Assembly (NCBI GenBank): GCA_038215615.1
Contig: JBBQQR010000002.1
Span: forward strand, 64,001-128,000
Reading direction: 5' to 3'
Length of the DNA: 64,000 nucleotides
From: Vulcanimicrobiales bacterium
GTDB taxonomy: Bacteria > Vulcanimicrobiota > Vulcanimicrobiia > Vulcanimicrobiales > Vulcanimicrobiaceae
The position numbers and the translations under genes are program-made. The notes under the pieces are model-generated. The model saw only the letters and a list, made by a program, of their open reading frames with translations. It had not been told where the DNA came from and did not search any database. Below, one piece after another: positions 40,699 through 49,573 of this stretch. Each line of letters starts with the position of its first letter. Positions within the stretch are counted from its first letter, which is position 1.

Positions 40699-40860
40699 CT
40701 ACGGCGCGTCGCAAGGCGGGTGCCCGCACTTGCAGGCATCGGATTCAATGCCTCCAGCTTCGTCGTCTTTGCAAACGGGGCTGCAATACTCTTCGGTCTC
40801 CATCTCGGCTGTCAGCGTGCAATTGCACAGATCGTGCGCACACTCAATAGTCTGTTGCAT
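40699..40860 (-). CDS. Bacterial metallothionein-like small protein (53 aa; below the ORF-track cutoff)
   Basis: MQQTIECAHDLCNCTLTAEMETEEYCSPVCKDDEAGGIESDACKCGHPPCDAP*: 8 Cys, 2 His, pattern CAHxxCxC...YCSxxC...CxCGHxxC. Confidence 0.85.
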   Translation of the reverse strand: MQQTIECAHDLCNCTLTAEMETEEYCSPVCKDDEAGGIESDACKCGHPPCDAP

Positions 40861-40950
40861 GAAGTGACTATACTCAGCCTGGGTCGGGTCGCACGGGCAC
40901 CGCTCGCAAAAAAATGTCCATGTTTTTTCGCGCCCTTCGGTCCCGTGGCC

Positions 40951-43900
40951 CTAAAAGTTGAAACTGGTCGGGATGATCGATCCGGTACCGTTCAGGCCGA
41001 AACTCGCGCCGCGTGAGGGAAACGCCAGCAGGTTGAGCGTGAGATTCACTTGCTTGGCGGCCTGATTATACTGCAGCTGGATTTGATAGCAATCGCCAAT
41101 GATGCGGCTCCAGTAGATGCTCTTGTTGATGATGCGGCCTTTGTTCTTCCAGTCGATGTCGCCGATGAACTGCAGCGTCGAACCGTTGCCGAAGGGCGTG
41201 GAGAACTGCAGGTTCGTCGTAAAGAATCCGTTGCCCGGGCCAGGAATGAACGATCCCGCGAGCGCGACGTACGAACGCCGCGACGGATGCACCGCTAGCT
41301 GATACTGCACGGGTTGTGCCGCGCGGTTGAACGCGGTGTTAAAACTCAGCGTGAGGTTGTAGAAGTCGCTGTTAAAGAATCGCAGCACGTCGGCCGCGGA
41401 CTTATAATTGAACGTCGGCTGCTGGTCAAGCGTACTGAACGGCAGAAACGCGGGGCCGTTGTAGTTGGTCTCGTTGTACGTGATCGCGTTAAGGACGTGA
41501 CGCCCGATCGGCGTCGACATCGTCGCGGTTTGCTGGATACTGGCCTTCATGTCGCCCGTGCCGTAAGCGAACTGATGCACGTTCACGCCGGCGCTAATGT
41601 CGCTGCCCAAGACGTGGTAAAGCGCCGGACCAAAGTTGAAAAACAAATCGGCACGCGATGTCGAGAGCGGCGTCTGCGGCTCGTTGTAGTTTCCAATCGT
41701 GAACGACGACGTGATCGGGATGATGAAGTGCTTCAGGAAACTGTAGGGATGGATCTCCAGCTCGGGCTCTTTGTTTAAGCCGTAGGGCGTGCGAGCAAAA
41801 GATTTGTCGTACTTGAGCGTGTAAGCGGCGACCCTGTTGCTCCACTGAAGCAGATCGCTGAACGTCCCGCTCGAGTTGTTGCTGGCGTTGTTCAGCCCGT
41901 AATTCGTGCGAGCCGAACTGAGATTCAAGCTGAGGCTGTTCTGCGTCGTGGGTCCGAAACTGCGCGTTTCGGTGAAGCCGAAGTTGTCCGTAGCGGACTG
42001 CGTAGCGATGCTGCTGTGCGAGAACGTGTAGTTTTGCTGCGCATTTTTGCCGGTGTGCGCGATCGATCCGCTGATACTTTCGTTGGGCGGCAGGTTGATG
42101 AGCGGACCGAAGTTGCTGTTGTAGGCGAACCCGAAACGTGCGCGCAATGATTGCGAAAAATTCTCGGTGTCCTGCGCGTTCAAGTTCCAAGCCGTCGTCT
42201 GCGTGCGGCGGTCGTGAATGGCGTAGGTGTCGACCGACGTTTGCCGTTTACCGTTTTGCCGCGCCAAGAACGCCGTGTACCCCAAGCCGAAGCCCTGACG
42301 CGAGTAGTATTCGACGCGGTAGTAGCCGTAAAAATACTGGTCCCGGCCAAATCCGGGTTTGGCTTTGATGTAAAAGCCTTGATACGAGTTATAGCCGACT
42401 TCGGGGAAAAATGACGGGCGCTGGCGTTCGTCCTGGATGCTCCGCAGCGGAATGATTACCTTGGGCAAATAGAAAACCGCCGCGGCGCCGAGGAAGAGCA
42501 CGGCTTTGCTGATGACCATCCGGTCGCCGGGATAAATGTCGATAGTGCGCCCCGTGATATGGTAGCCGGCGCGGGGACGTTCGCAGGTTGTAACGTTGGC
42601 ATAATCGCCGTGCGAGACGCCGTGCTCGTCGGCCTTCAAGTCTTTGGCGGCGAAATAGACGAGCCCGCGCTCGACGCCTTGCGAGCTTTCGCCGCGGCCG
42701 TTGATTAGATCGGCGCGTTGAGCAAGCGTATCGAACTCGATCCGGTCGGCGTGCAAAATCGACGTGTCCGTGCTGTTGACGATGTAGGGGTTTCCGGTGA
42801 CGCTGATCGTTTTGAATCCGTCATAGTGCGCGCGCTCGCCCACGAGGACTTCGTCTTGATAAAAGATGTGCACGTTGCCGATGGCGTCGCCGGGTGCGCC
42901 CTGTTTGTTTGCGTTACCGACGAACTTGTCGGCCATGACGGCGACGTAGCCGGGGCGCAGCGTAGGCGCAACGATGGGAGTTGGTGAGGTCTCCGGCGTA
43001 GGCGATCTGTTGGGAACGATCGACGGCGGCGCGGAGCCGCGAATCAAGAAAACGGGGCCCGCGCTCGCTTTTGCGCTGGGCGCCGGCATCGGAATCGGGG
43101 GCGGCGTAACCGTGTTTCCGGTCGGAATGGGTGTGGCGTAGAGTTGGCCTGGTGCGAGCGGCGCGTTCGGCACGGCTGCGCTCGATGTCGGCGACGGCGC
43201 CGGTGTCGGCGTAACTTGCGCGACGAGATCGCTCGAGCCTGATGCTCGAGCCGCGCACGTGTTCGCGTTGAGCAATCCGAAGATCGCTTCCGACGACATC
43301 ACGTTATCTGCCGCCGGCGAAGGCATCGGCGCCGGCGCGGGGGCCGGCATCGGTACCGGCGTGAGCAGAGGAAGCGGCGTCAGCAAAGGGTGCGGCGCGG
43401 GAATAAGATGCGGCGCCGGAACGCTTTGTACGGCGGCCGGTGCGATCGCGGACACGGCAACCTTGCGCACCGATATCTTTTGCGGAGCGAGCGCCTTGCG
43501 CGCGGGCGACGGTAGCGCGCGCGCAACCGCAGCTTTTTCGGGTGCCCGAGCGGGCGCGGGCGTTACGTGTGTGATCGGCGTCGCGACCACGCGCGCGATG
43601 GGCATTGCTGAAGCTATGACTGGAGCGGCGGTTAATTCAGGCAAGGGCGTCGCCAGCGCGAGCTCATCGGAACGCCGGGCGTTTTGCAAGCTGGCCCCGA
43701 GCCATCGTGCGCCGCGCGTATCGGTGCGCAAGAGGTTTGCGCCCTGCAAATTGGCATCGCGCATGTCGGCCTGCCGAAGATTGGACGTTTCGAGGTTCGC
43801 GCCGGCGAGATCGGCGTGACGCAGATTGGCACGATAGAAATTCACGCCGTACAGCAGCGCGCTCTGCAGGTTGGCCTGCTCGAGTCTCGCGCCTTGGAAA

Positions 43901-44208
43901 ACGGCACCTTGCGCATCGAGCGACTGTAGGTTGGCGCGCAACAGGTTCGCGTCTTGCAAAATAGCGCTTTGTAAATGAGCGCCTTGCAAATTCGCACCGG
44001 TCAGATCCGCGTGAGTCAGATTTGCGCCCGTTAGATCGGCGCCTTGCAAATCCGCATTGCGCAAGTCGGCGTTGCGGAAGTCGTGGTTCTTTAGGTTGGC
44101 GTTTTGAAAGTTCTCGTCACGCGCCGGCGCGGCAAGTGGAAGAAAGCCGGCGAGAAAGGCAGCCAAGCAGATCGTTGCGCGGACGGCGCGCGGATGCAAA
44201 CCCAACAC
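40951..44208 (-). CDS. LptD/OstA-like outer-membrane protein with an N-terminal pentapeptide-repeat domain and Pro/Ala-rich linker
   Basis: Signal-like N-terminus from GTG 44208, about 140 aa of A(D/N)Lxx repeats, PAP linker, LptD-like NVTTCERP..GYHI....I.IYPGD, aromatic-rich beta strands ending in Phe; next to lptF/G. Confidence 0.72.
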   Translation of the reverse strand: MLGLHPRAVRATICLAAFLAGFLPLAAPARDENFQNANLKNHDFRNADLRNADLQGADLTGANLTHADLTGANLQGAHLQSAILQDANLLRANLQSLDAQGAVFQGARLEQANLQSALLYGVNFYRANLRHADLAGANLETSNLRQADMRDANLQGANLLRTDTRGARWLGASLQNARRSDELALATPLPELTAAPVIASAMPIARVVATPITHVTPAPARAPEKAAVARALPSPARKALAPQKISVRKVAVSAIAPAAVQSVPAPHLIPAPHPLLTPLPLLTPVPMPAPAPAPMPSPAADNVMSSEAIFGLLNANTCAARASGSSDLVAQVTPTPAPSPTSSAAVPNAPLAPGQLYATPIPTGNTVTPPPIPMPAPSAKASAGPVFLIRGSAPPSIVPNRSPTPETSPTPIVAPTLRPGYVAVMADKFVGNANKQGAPGDAIGNVHIFYQDEVLVGERAHYDGFKTISVTGNPYIVNSTDTSILHADRIEFDTLAQRADLINGRGESSQGVERGLVYFAAKDLKADEHGVSHGDYANVTTCERPRAGYHITGRTIDIYPGDRMVISKAVLFLGAAAVFYLPKVIIPLRSIQDERQRPSFFPEVGYNSYQGFYIKAKPGFGRDQYFYGYYRVEYYSRQGFGLGYTAFLARQNGKRQTSVDTYAIHDRRTQTTAWNLNAQDTENFSQSLRARFGFAYNSNFGPLINLPPNESISGSIAHTGKNAQQNYTFSHSSIATQSATDNFGFTETRSFGPTTQNSLSLNLSSARTNYGLNNASNNSSGTFSDLLQWSNRVAAYTLKYDKSFARTPYGLNKEPELEIHPYSFLKHFIIPITSSFTIGNYNEPQTPLSTSRADLFFNFGPALYHVLGSDISAGVNVHQFAYGTGDMKASIQQTATMSTPIGRHVLNAITYNETNYNGPAFLPFSTLDQQPTFNYKSAADVLRFFNSDFYNLTLSFNTAFNRAAQPVQYQLAVHPSRRSYVALAGSFIPGPGNGFFTTNLQFSTPFGNGSTLQFIGDIDWKNKGRIINKSIYWSRIIGDCYQIQLQYNQAAKQVNLTLNLLAFPSRGASFGLNGTGSIIPTSFNF

Positions 44209-44216
44209 GGCGCGGC

Positions 44217-45371
44217 CTAGTGCTCTTCGTACCAAAGCAGGGCCAGGCCGCCGATGCCAAAGACGAGATTGGGCACCCACGAGACGAGGTACGGGTTCAC
44301 GCGTCCCGTGCTGCCGAACGCGGCGGCCGCCTCGGAAAGAATGAAATAGATGAAGAACGCGATGATCGACATCGCGATACCCATCATGCGCCCTTTCTTG
44401 CCGAACATGATCGCAAGGGGCAGCGCTAGCAAGACCGCTACCAGCGCAGAGAACGGAAACGCGAGCTTATCTGCCAGGTTGACTTGCAGATTTCCAAGCG
44501 CTTCACCGCCGACACCTTGCGCTTGCAAAGCGCTGACCTGGTGGGCGAGTTGTTTGGAGTTCATGGTCCACGCATCGCTGTTCGAGCTGCTGAGGAACTG
44601 CGCGGCGTTTTCTCCCAGCGGCAAGCCGATGCTGGCCTCAGACTTGTCCACTTGCGACGTCATGTAGCCTTGAGCGTTGTAAAACGTAATGACGACGCCG
44701 TTCAGAACCAGCGTAGGGCCGGCCACGTGCGCGGTCTTGGCCTGGATCGTTTCGTTCCAATAGCCGTTGCGTCCCGGTTTGAATATCTGCACGCCGGCCA
44801 TCGTGCGTCCGTCGGGCAGTACGTGGTCGATGAAGAACTCGTTATTGGTATCCGGATCCTTACGGAAAAATTGCGCCTCGACCGGCAGCGCGCCCGTGTG
44901 ATAAATGATCTGATAAAACGTGCGTGTGGAGACCTCGACGGACTTGGGCGCGACGAATTCGTTCATCGCCCAAGAGAACAAAAAAACGACAAACCCAAAG
45001 ATGAGCGGCGTGAGACAGAGCCGCCACAGAGAAGTTCCGGAAGTGCGGATGGCGTTGATCTCGTTGTCGGCCATGAGCCGCCCGATTCCAAGCAGTGTCG
45101 CGAAGAGCGCCGCGAACGGAAAAGCCATCGGAATCGACTGCGGGATGCGGAAGACGACGAACCGCAGGACGAGAAAAACCGGCGCGCCGTGACCGATGAC
45201 TTGATTGGCGGCCAAGAAGAAAATATTGAAGCCCCAAAATAAAAAGAACGCGAGGAACGCGAATACGAACGGCCCGATGAACTCACGCAAAAGGTAAGCG
45301 TCGAGCAGCGGCAAGCGCCAAGAGCGGAACAGGTTGAGGGGCGCGGGGCGTGCTCCGGAAATGGAGGCCAT
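44217..45371 (-). CDS. LptF/LptG family LPS export permease
   Basis: LDAYLLREF..PF, GRL..DNEI.A.R.SG.S, periplasmic beta domain, KLAFPF, WVPNL. Confidence 0.9.
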   Translation of the reverse strand: MASISGARPAPLNLFRSWRLPLLDAYLLREFIGPFVFAFLAFFLFWGFNIFFLAANQVIGHGAPVFLVLRFVVFRIPQSIPMAFPFAALFATLLGIGRLMADNEINAIRTSGTSLWRLCLTPLIFGFVVFLFSWAMNEFVAPKSVEVSTRTFYQIIYHTGALPVEAQFFRKDPDTNNEFFIDHVLPDGRTMAGVQIFKPGRNGYWNETIQAKTAHVAGPTLVLNGVVITFYNAQGYMTSQVDKSEASIGLPLGENAAQFLSSSNSDAWTMNSKQLAHQVSALQAQGVGGEALGNLQVNLADKLAFPFSALVAVLLALPLAIMFGKKGRMMGIAMSIIAFFIYFILSEAAAAFGSTGRVNPYLVSWVPNLVFGIGGLALLWYEEH

Positions 45372-45387
45372 CCGCGTTAACAGTTCG

Positions 45388-45861
45388 CTAGTAGCTGCGG
45401 TAAGCCGTCAGAACGCGGTCGACGTAGGCTTGCGTTTCGGCATACGGCGGAACGCCGTGATATTGGTCGACGGCGCCGGGGCCGGCGTTGTACGCTGCAA
45501 CGGCGAGTTCGACGTTATTGCGGTAGCGTTTGAGCAAACCGTGAAGATAGCGCGTTCCGCAATCGACGTTCTCTTGCGGGTCGAACGCGTTGCCGATTCC
45601 GCAGCCGGCGGCAGTGCCCGGCATCAATTGCATCAGGCCTTGCGCTCCCGCACTGCTGATCGCCGACGGATCGCCGGCGGACTCCGCCATGACGACTGCG
45701 TTGACCAAACCGGTCGGCACGCCATTGCGCGCGGCCGCGGAGCTAACGAGCTTCTGAAGTTGCGCGGGATCGAGCGCGTGGGGCGCATACGGAAGATAAC
45801 CCGCTCCACTACAACCGCAGAGCAAGCTCAGGAATAGCGCGGTCCCGAGCAATCGTTTCAT
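45388..45861 (-). CDS. Lytic transglycosylase (SLT domain), probable lipoprotein
   Basis: AESAGDP.A.S.AGAQGLMQLMP.TA, AAYNAG, PPYAETQAYV; LCGC lipobox-like. Confidence 0.92.
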   Translation of the reverse strand: MKRLLGTALFLSLLCGCSGAGYLPYAPHALDPAQLQKLVSSAAARNGVPTGLVNAVVMAESAGDPSAISSAGAQGLMQLMPGTAAGCGIGNAFDPQENVDCGTRYLHGLLKRYRNNVELAVAAYNAGPGAVDQYHGVPPYAETQAYVDRVLTAYRSY

Positions 45862-45946
45862 GTGAGTCAACCTGTCTTCTGCCTACAACGCGGCAAACCC
45901 GGCCGCTGTTGCAAGTCGAACACGCGTTCGATTCCCAATTTCACGC

Positions 45947-45999
45947 TTGCCACACGTACCTATCGAGCGTATAGTGGTGCAAAGTGGTGCGTTGTGGTG
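45947..45999 (+). promoter_or_regulatory. dcw (mraZ) sigma70 promoter with MraZ-binding direct repeats
   Basis: -35 TTGCCA 45947-45952, 17-nt spacer, -10 TATAGT 45970-45975; GTGGTG x3 at 45974, 45984, 45994 (10-bp period). Confidence 0.85.
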
Positions 46000-46015
46000 A
46001 CCGAGGGAGGATTGG

Positions 46016-46459
46016 TTGCACGCGGATTTGCCGCGCTTTACCGGTACGGCCGAGCATGCCCTTGACGACAAGGGCCGTCTCATCGTGCCCGCGCGCTTCC
46101 GCGAACGACTCGGGAACGGCTTCGTCTTAACCATCGCGCAGCCGGACCCGTGCCTCGCCCTCTATCCGCAGGCGGCTTGGGCCGAATTCTGCAGCCGGCT
46201 CGAAAGCGCCCCGCGGAAGGACGAGCGTTTCCGCCGTCTCGTGCGACACATCTTTGCGCGCACCGAGGAGGTTGCATGCGACGTTCAAGGACGTCTGCTC
46301 ATCCCGTCGGCGCTGCGGGCGTACGCCGGCATCGAGCGCGAGGTCGTTTCTGTCGGCTCGCTCACGCGGGTCGAGATCTGGGCGGCAGAGCGCTACGCCT
46401 CGCACGCCGCGCCCGATCCCGAAGCCGGTGACTTAATGGCGGAGCTGGGACTTTATTAA
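46016..46459 (+). CDS. mraZ: Transcriptional regulator MraZ
   Basis: LDDKGRL.VPARFR and DVQGRLLIP duplicated motifs, VEIW; SD GGGAGG. Confidence 0.95.
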   Translation: MHADLPRFTGTAEHALDDKGRLIVPARFRERLGNGFVLTIAQPDPCLALYPQAAWAEFCSRLESAPRKDERFRRLVRHIFARTEEVACDVQGRLLIPSALRAYAGIEREVVSVGSLTRVEIWAAERYASHAAPDPEAGDLMAELGLY

Positions 46460-46474
46460 TGGCGGGCTGGAGCG

Positions 46475-47347
46475 ATGCAACACATTCCCGTTTTTCACGC
46501 GCAAGCTTTAGAGTGGCTGGCGATTCGCCCGTCTGGGATCTATGTGGATGCGACCTTCGGCGCGGGTGGCCATTCGCGTGGCATCCTCTCGCGTTTGAAG
46601 GGCGGGCGGCTCATTGCGCTCGACGCGGATCCTTCGGCCGGGCCGCGGGCTGCCGAGATCGACGATTCCGCCTTTACGTTTATTCATGCGAATTTCCGCG
46701 AGCTGCCGGACGTTCTCGATCGCCTCGGCATCGAGCTGGTGGACGGCGTTCTGTTCGACTTGGGGGTTTCTTCGATGCAATTTGACGAACCGTCGCGCGG
46801 TTTTTCTTTCCGGGAATCCGGACCGCTCGACATGCGCATGAATCCGCTGGCCGGACGAAGCGCTTACGATGTGCTCATGAGCGCGAGCGAAACCGAACTT
46901 GCCGAGATCTTCTTCGACTACGGTCAAGAACGCGCCGCGCGCAGAATCGCGCGCACGATCGTGCACCGCCGCAAAGCCGGGCTGTTCCCGGGGACAACGC
47001 TGGAGTTTGCGCGCATGATTAGCGGACTGATGCACCGTCCGGGACGGCGCGAGCGCATCCATCCGGCCACGCGTGTCTTTCAGGCACTGCGCATCGCCGT
47101 CAATGACGAACTCGAAGCGCTGCGAGAAGGTTTGGACAGCGCCGTCAACCGGCTGCGCGGAGCGGGACGGGTCGTCGCGATCAGCTTCCATTCATTGGAA
47201 GACCGGATCGTCAAACGCAAATTCTTGCAAGACGATCGTTTAGAAATTCTGACGCGCAAGCCGCTGGTACCCGGTCACGATGAGATCGAACAGAACCCGC
47301 GCGCGAGCAGCGCGAAAATGCGCGCTGCAGAACGGAAGGCGAGCTGA
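46475..47347 (+). CDS. rsmH: 16S rRNA m4C1402 methyltransferase
   Basis: HIPV, DATFGAGGHS, DLGVSS.Q, LDMRM, FQALRIAVN, SFHSLEDR. Confidence 0.97.
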   Translation: MQHIPVFHAQALEWLAIRPSGIYVDATFGAGGHSRGILSRLKGGRLIALDADPSAGPRAAEIDDSAFTFIHANFRELPDVLDRLGIELVDGVLFDLGVSSMQFDEPSRGFSFRESGPLDMRMNPLAGRSAYDVLMSASETELAEIFFDYGQERAARRIARTIVHRRKAGLFPGTTLEFARMISGLMHRPGRRERIHPATRVFQALRIAVNDELEALREGLDSAVNRLRGAGRVVAISFHSLEDRIVKRKFLQDDRLEILTRKPLVPGHDEIEQNPRASSAKMRAAERKAS

Positions 47348-47766
47348 TGGTCGCCTACCAATCCAATCCGCGTCTGCGCAACGTGCGCACCGCCAAGCAC
47401 GCAACGCATCTGCGTAAGACCCACGCGTCGCGCGCTCGTTATACCAGTTTGGTTCGATTTTCGGGGGCACTCGGCGTGGTGCTGGTCGGCGTGATGATCT
47501 ACGTCATGCTGATCGCGAACCTGACGAGCTTGAATTACTCCGTCGCGCGCGCCGACAGACAGCGCGCCTCGCTGCAGGCGGAAACGGCTCGCCTCGACGA
47601 CCGGCTGGCGGCGCTGCGTTCCGACGATCGCTTGGCGAAAATGGCGGCGGCGCTGCATATGCGCGAGCCGCAGCAGTTTGCATTGGTCACGCTTCCGCCG
47701 GCTGCGCCGCAGGGACAATCGAGACTGTTTCTTTCCAGTTTGGCGAGCTGGTTCGGCGCTAAATAG
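47347..47766 (+). CDS. ftsL: FtsL-like bitopic coiled-coil cell division protein
   Basis: Basic N-terminus, one TM, coiled coil; sits between rsmH and the PBP gene. Confidence 0.7.
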   Translation: MVAYQSNPRLRNVRTAKHATHLRKTHASRARYTSLVRFSGALGVVLVGVMIYVMLIANLTSLNYSVARADRQRASLQAETARLDDRLAALRSDDRLAKMAAALHMREPQQFALVTLPPAAPQGQSRLFLSSLASWFGAK

Positions 47767-47782
47767 GGTCTGAAGGAGACTC

Positions 47783-49573
47783 GTGCATCGCCGAAACTTC
47801 TCGCGCGTCGCTCCACGCCGCGCAAAAGCGCTCTTTTACTTCGCTGCTGCGATTGCGCTGATACTGGGCTGGCGGCTCGTGGAAGTGCAAGTCTTCAAAG
47901 GACCGATCTACGCGAAGCAGGCGCTGGCGCAACGCACTGACACGGTCGACGTCTTCGCGCGGCGCGGCAGCATTCTCGATCGAGACGGCAACGTTCTCGC
48001 GTATTCGCTTCCATCGGAAAGCGTCTACGCAGTTCCCCACGATCTCGGCGACGCCGGCGCGACTATCGCGCGGCTCCAGAAAGTGTTGGGAAAAATTCCC
48101 GCCGCGACGACTTCGCTTCTGCGCGACCGCACGATGCAGTTCGTCTGGGTCGCTCGCAAGATTCCACACGATCAGGCCGACGCGATCTCCGCGCTCCAAT
48201 TGCCCGGAATTTCCGTCATGGAAGAAGATACCGGGCGCCGGGTCGATCTCGCCGGCCAAACGGCTTCGACGGTCGTTGGATTTGTGGGGATCGACGAGAA
48301 CGGATTGGCCGGAATCGAGTACGCATACGACGACCTTTTAAAAGGAACGTCGGGGCGCGTCACGCTCGAAGCTGACGAGTTCGGACACCCGATTCCGTTC
48401 GGTCGCCAGCGCGCGGTGCGGGCGGCCAAACCCGGGATGACACTCGAGCTGACGATCGACCCGTATCTGCAGTTCGTGGCCGAAGCCGCACTCAGGAAAC
48501 AGGTCGCGGAATTTCACGCGCAAAGCGGCACGGCGCTGGTCTTGGATCCGTTCACCGGCGAAGTGCTCGCGCTCGCCGACCTGCCGCACTTCGATCCGAA
48601 TTCGTATTGGAAGTTTTCGGCCGACGAGCGCCGCGAGCGTGCAGTGCAAGATTCCTACGAGCCCGGTTCGACGTTCAAACTCTTGACCGCGGCGGCTGCG
48701 CTCGAGAGCGGCAAAGTTACGACGTCGTCGTATTTTCCGGCGCGCAACGCAATCGAAGTCGGCGGCCGCGTGATCCATAACGCCGAAGACGACATGCCGG
48801 TTCGCGGCAGCAGCGAGACGCTTGAAGACATCATCGCGTATTCGCATAACGTCGGAGCGGCCGAAGTCGGCCTCTCGATCGGCGGCAAGACGTTTTATGA
48901 AATGGAACGGCGCGCAGGTTTCGGCGATTCTACGCACGTCGGTTTCGCCGGTGAAAATCCCGGCATCGTGCCTGCGCCCGCGGATTGGAGCGACAGCTCG
49001 CTCGCGACCATGGCGTTTGGGCAGGGCGTTTCGGTAACGCCGCTCGCGCTGGCGCGCTACTATTGTGCGATCGCCAACGGCGGATTGCTGGTGCGCCCGC
49101 GGCTGGTGCGCGCGATCTTCGATGCGCAGGGGCGCCTACTCTATCAGTACGGGCCGGAGATCGAACGGCGCGTCTTTTCTCGGCGCACGGCCGACACGCT
49201 GCGGCGCTTTCTCCGAGCCGTCGTCGTACGTGGTACCGGGAATCCGAGCGCGCAGCTGGCCGGCTATACGACTGCGGGCAAGACCGGCACGGCGCAAGTT
49301 GTCGAAAACGGCCGGTACGAGCCCGGCGCGTACATCGCTTCCTTTATAGGGATGGTGCCCTACGAGCATCCGCGGTACTTAATCTATGTGAAAGTCGAGC
49401 GCCCCGAAGGCGCCATTTACGGCTCCGTGGTCGCCGCGCCGGCTTTTTCCGAGATCGCGCGGCAGGCGATGCTGCACGCCGGGACGCTTCCGGCGACGCC
49501 GCGTCCGAAGCCGTCGCCGGTTCCCGCAAAACGCTTGGTCCGTCCGGAACGCACGGCGAACCTCACCCCATGA
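47783..49573 (+). CDS. ftsI: Class B penicillin-binding protein (FtsI-like)
   Basis: RGSILDR.G, G..GIE, EPGSTFK (SxxK), SHN (SxN), GKTGT. Confidence 0.93.
   Translation: MHRRNFSRVAPRRAKALFYFAAAIALILGWRLVEVQVFKGPIYAKQALAQRTDTVDVFARRGSILDRDGNVLAYSLPSESVYAVPHDLGDAGATIARLQKVLGKIPAATTSLLRDRTMQFVWVARKIPHDQADAISALQLPGISVMEEDTGRRVDLAGQTASTVVGFVGIDENGLAGIEYAYDDLLKGTSGRVTLEADEFGHPIPFGRQRAVRAAKPGMTLELTIDPYLQFVAEAALRKQVAEFHAQSGTALVLDPFTGEVLALADLPHFDPNSYWKFSADERRERAVQDSYEPGSTFKLLTAAAALESGKVTTSSYFPARNAIEVGGRVIHNAEDDMPVRGSSETLEDIIAYSHNVGAAEVGLSIGGKTFYEMERRAGFGDSTHVGFAGENPGIVPAPADWSDSSLATMAFGQGVSVTPLALARYYCAIANGGLLVRPRLVRAIFDAQGRLLYQYGPEIERRVFSRRTADTLRRFLRAVVVRGTGNPSAQLAGYTTAGKTGTAQVVENGRYEPGAYIASFIGMVPYEHPRYLIYVKVERPEGAIYGSVVAAPAFSEIARQAMLHAGTLPATPRPKPSPVPAKRLVRPERTANLTP

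Noticed and set aside
40720..41016. 98-aa plus-strand ORF in the ORF track
   Set aside because: It overlaps the much more convincing minus-strand Cys-rich metallothionein-like ORF
43259..43819. GAGAG-rich plus-strand ORF
   Set aside because: Reverse-complement reading of the Pro/Ala linker of the LptD-like gene
43680..44110. Periodic DNA repeats resembling an array
   Set aside because: Degenerate 15-nt periodicity from pentapeptide-repeat coding; no identical repeats with unique spacers, so not CRISPR
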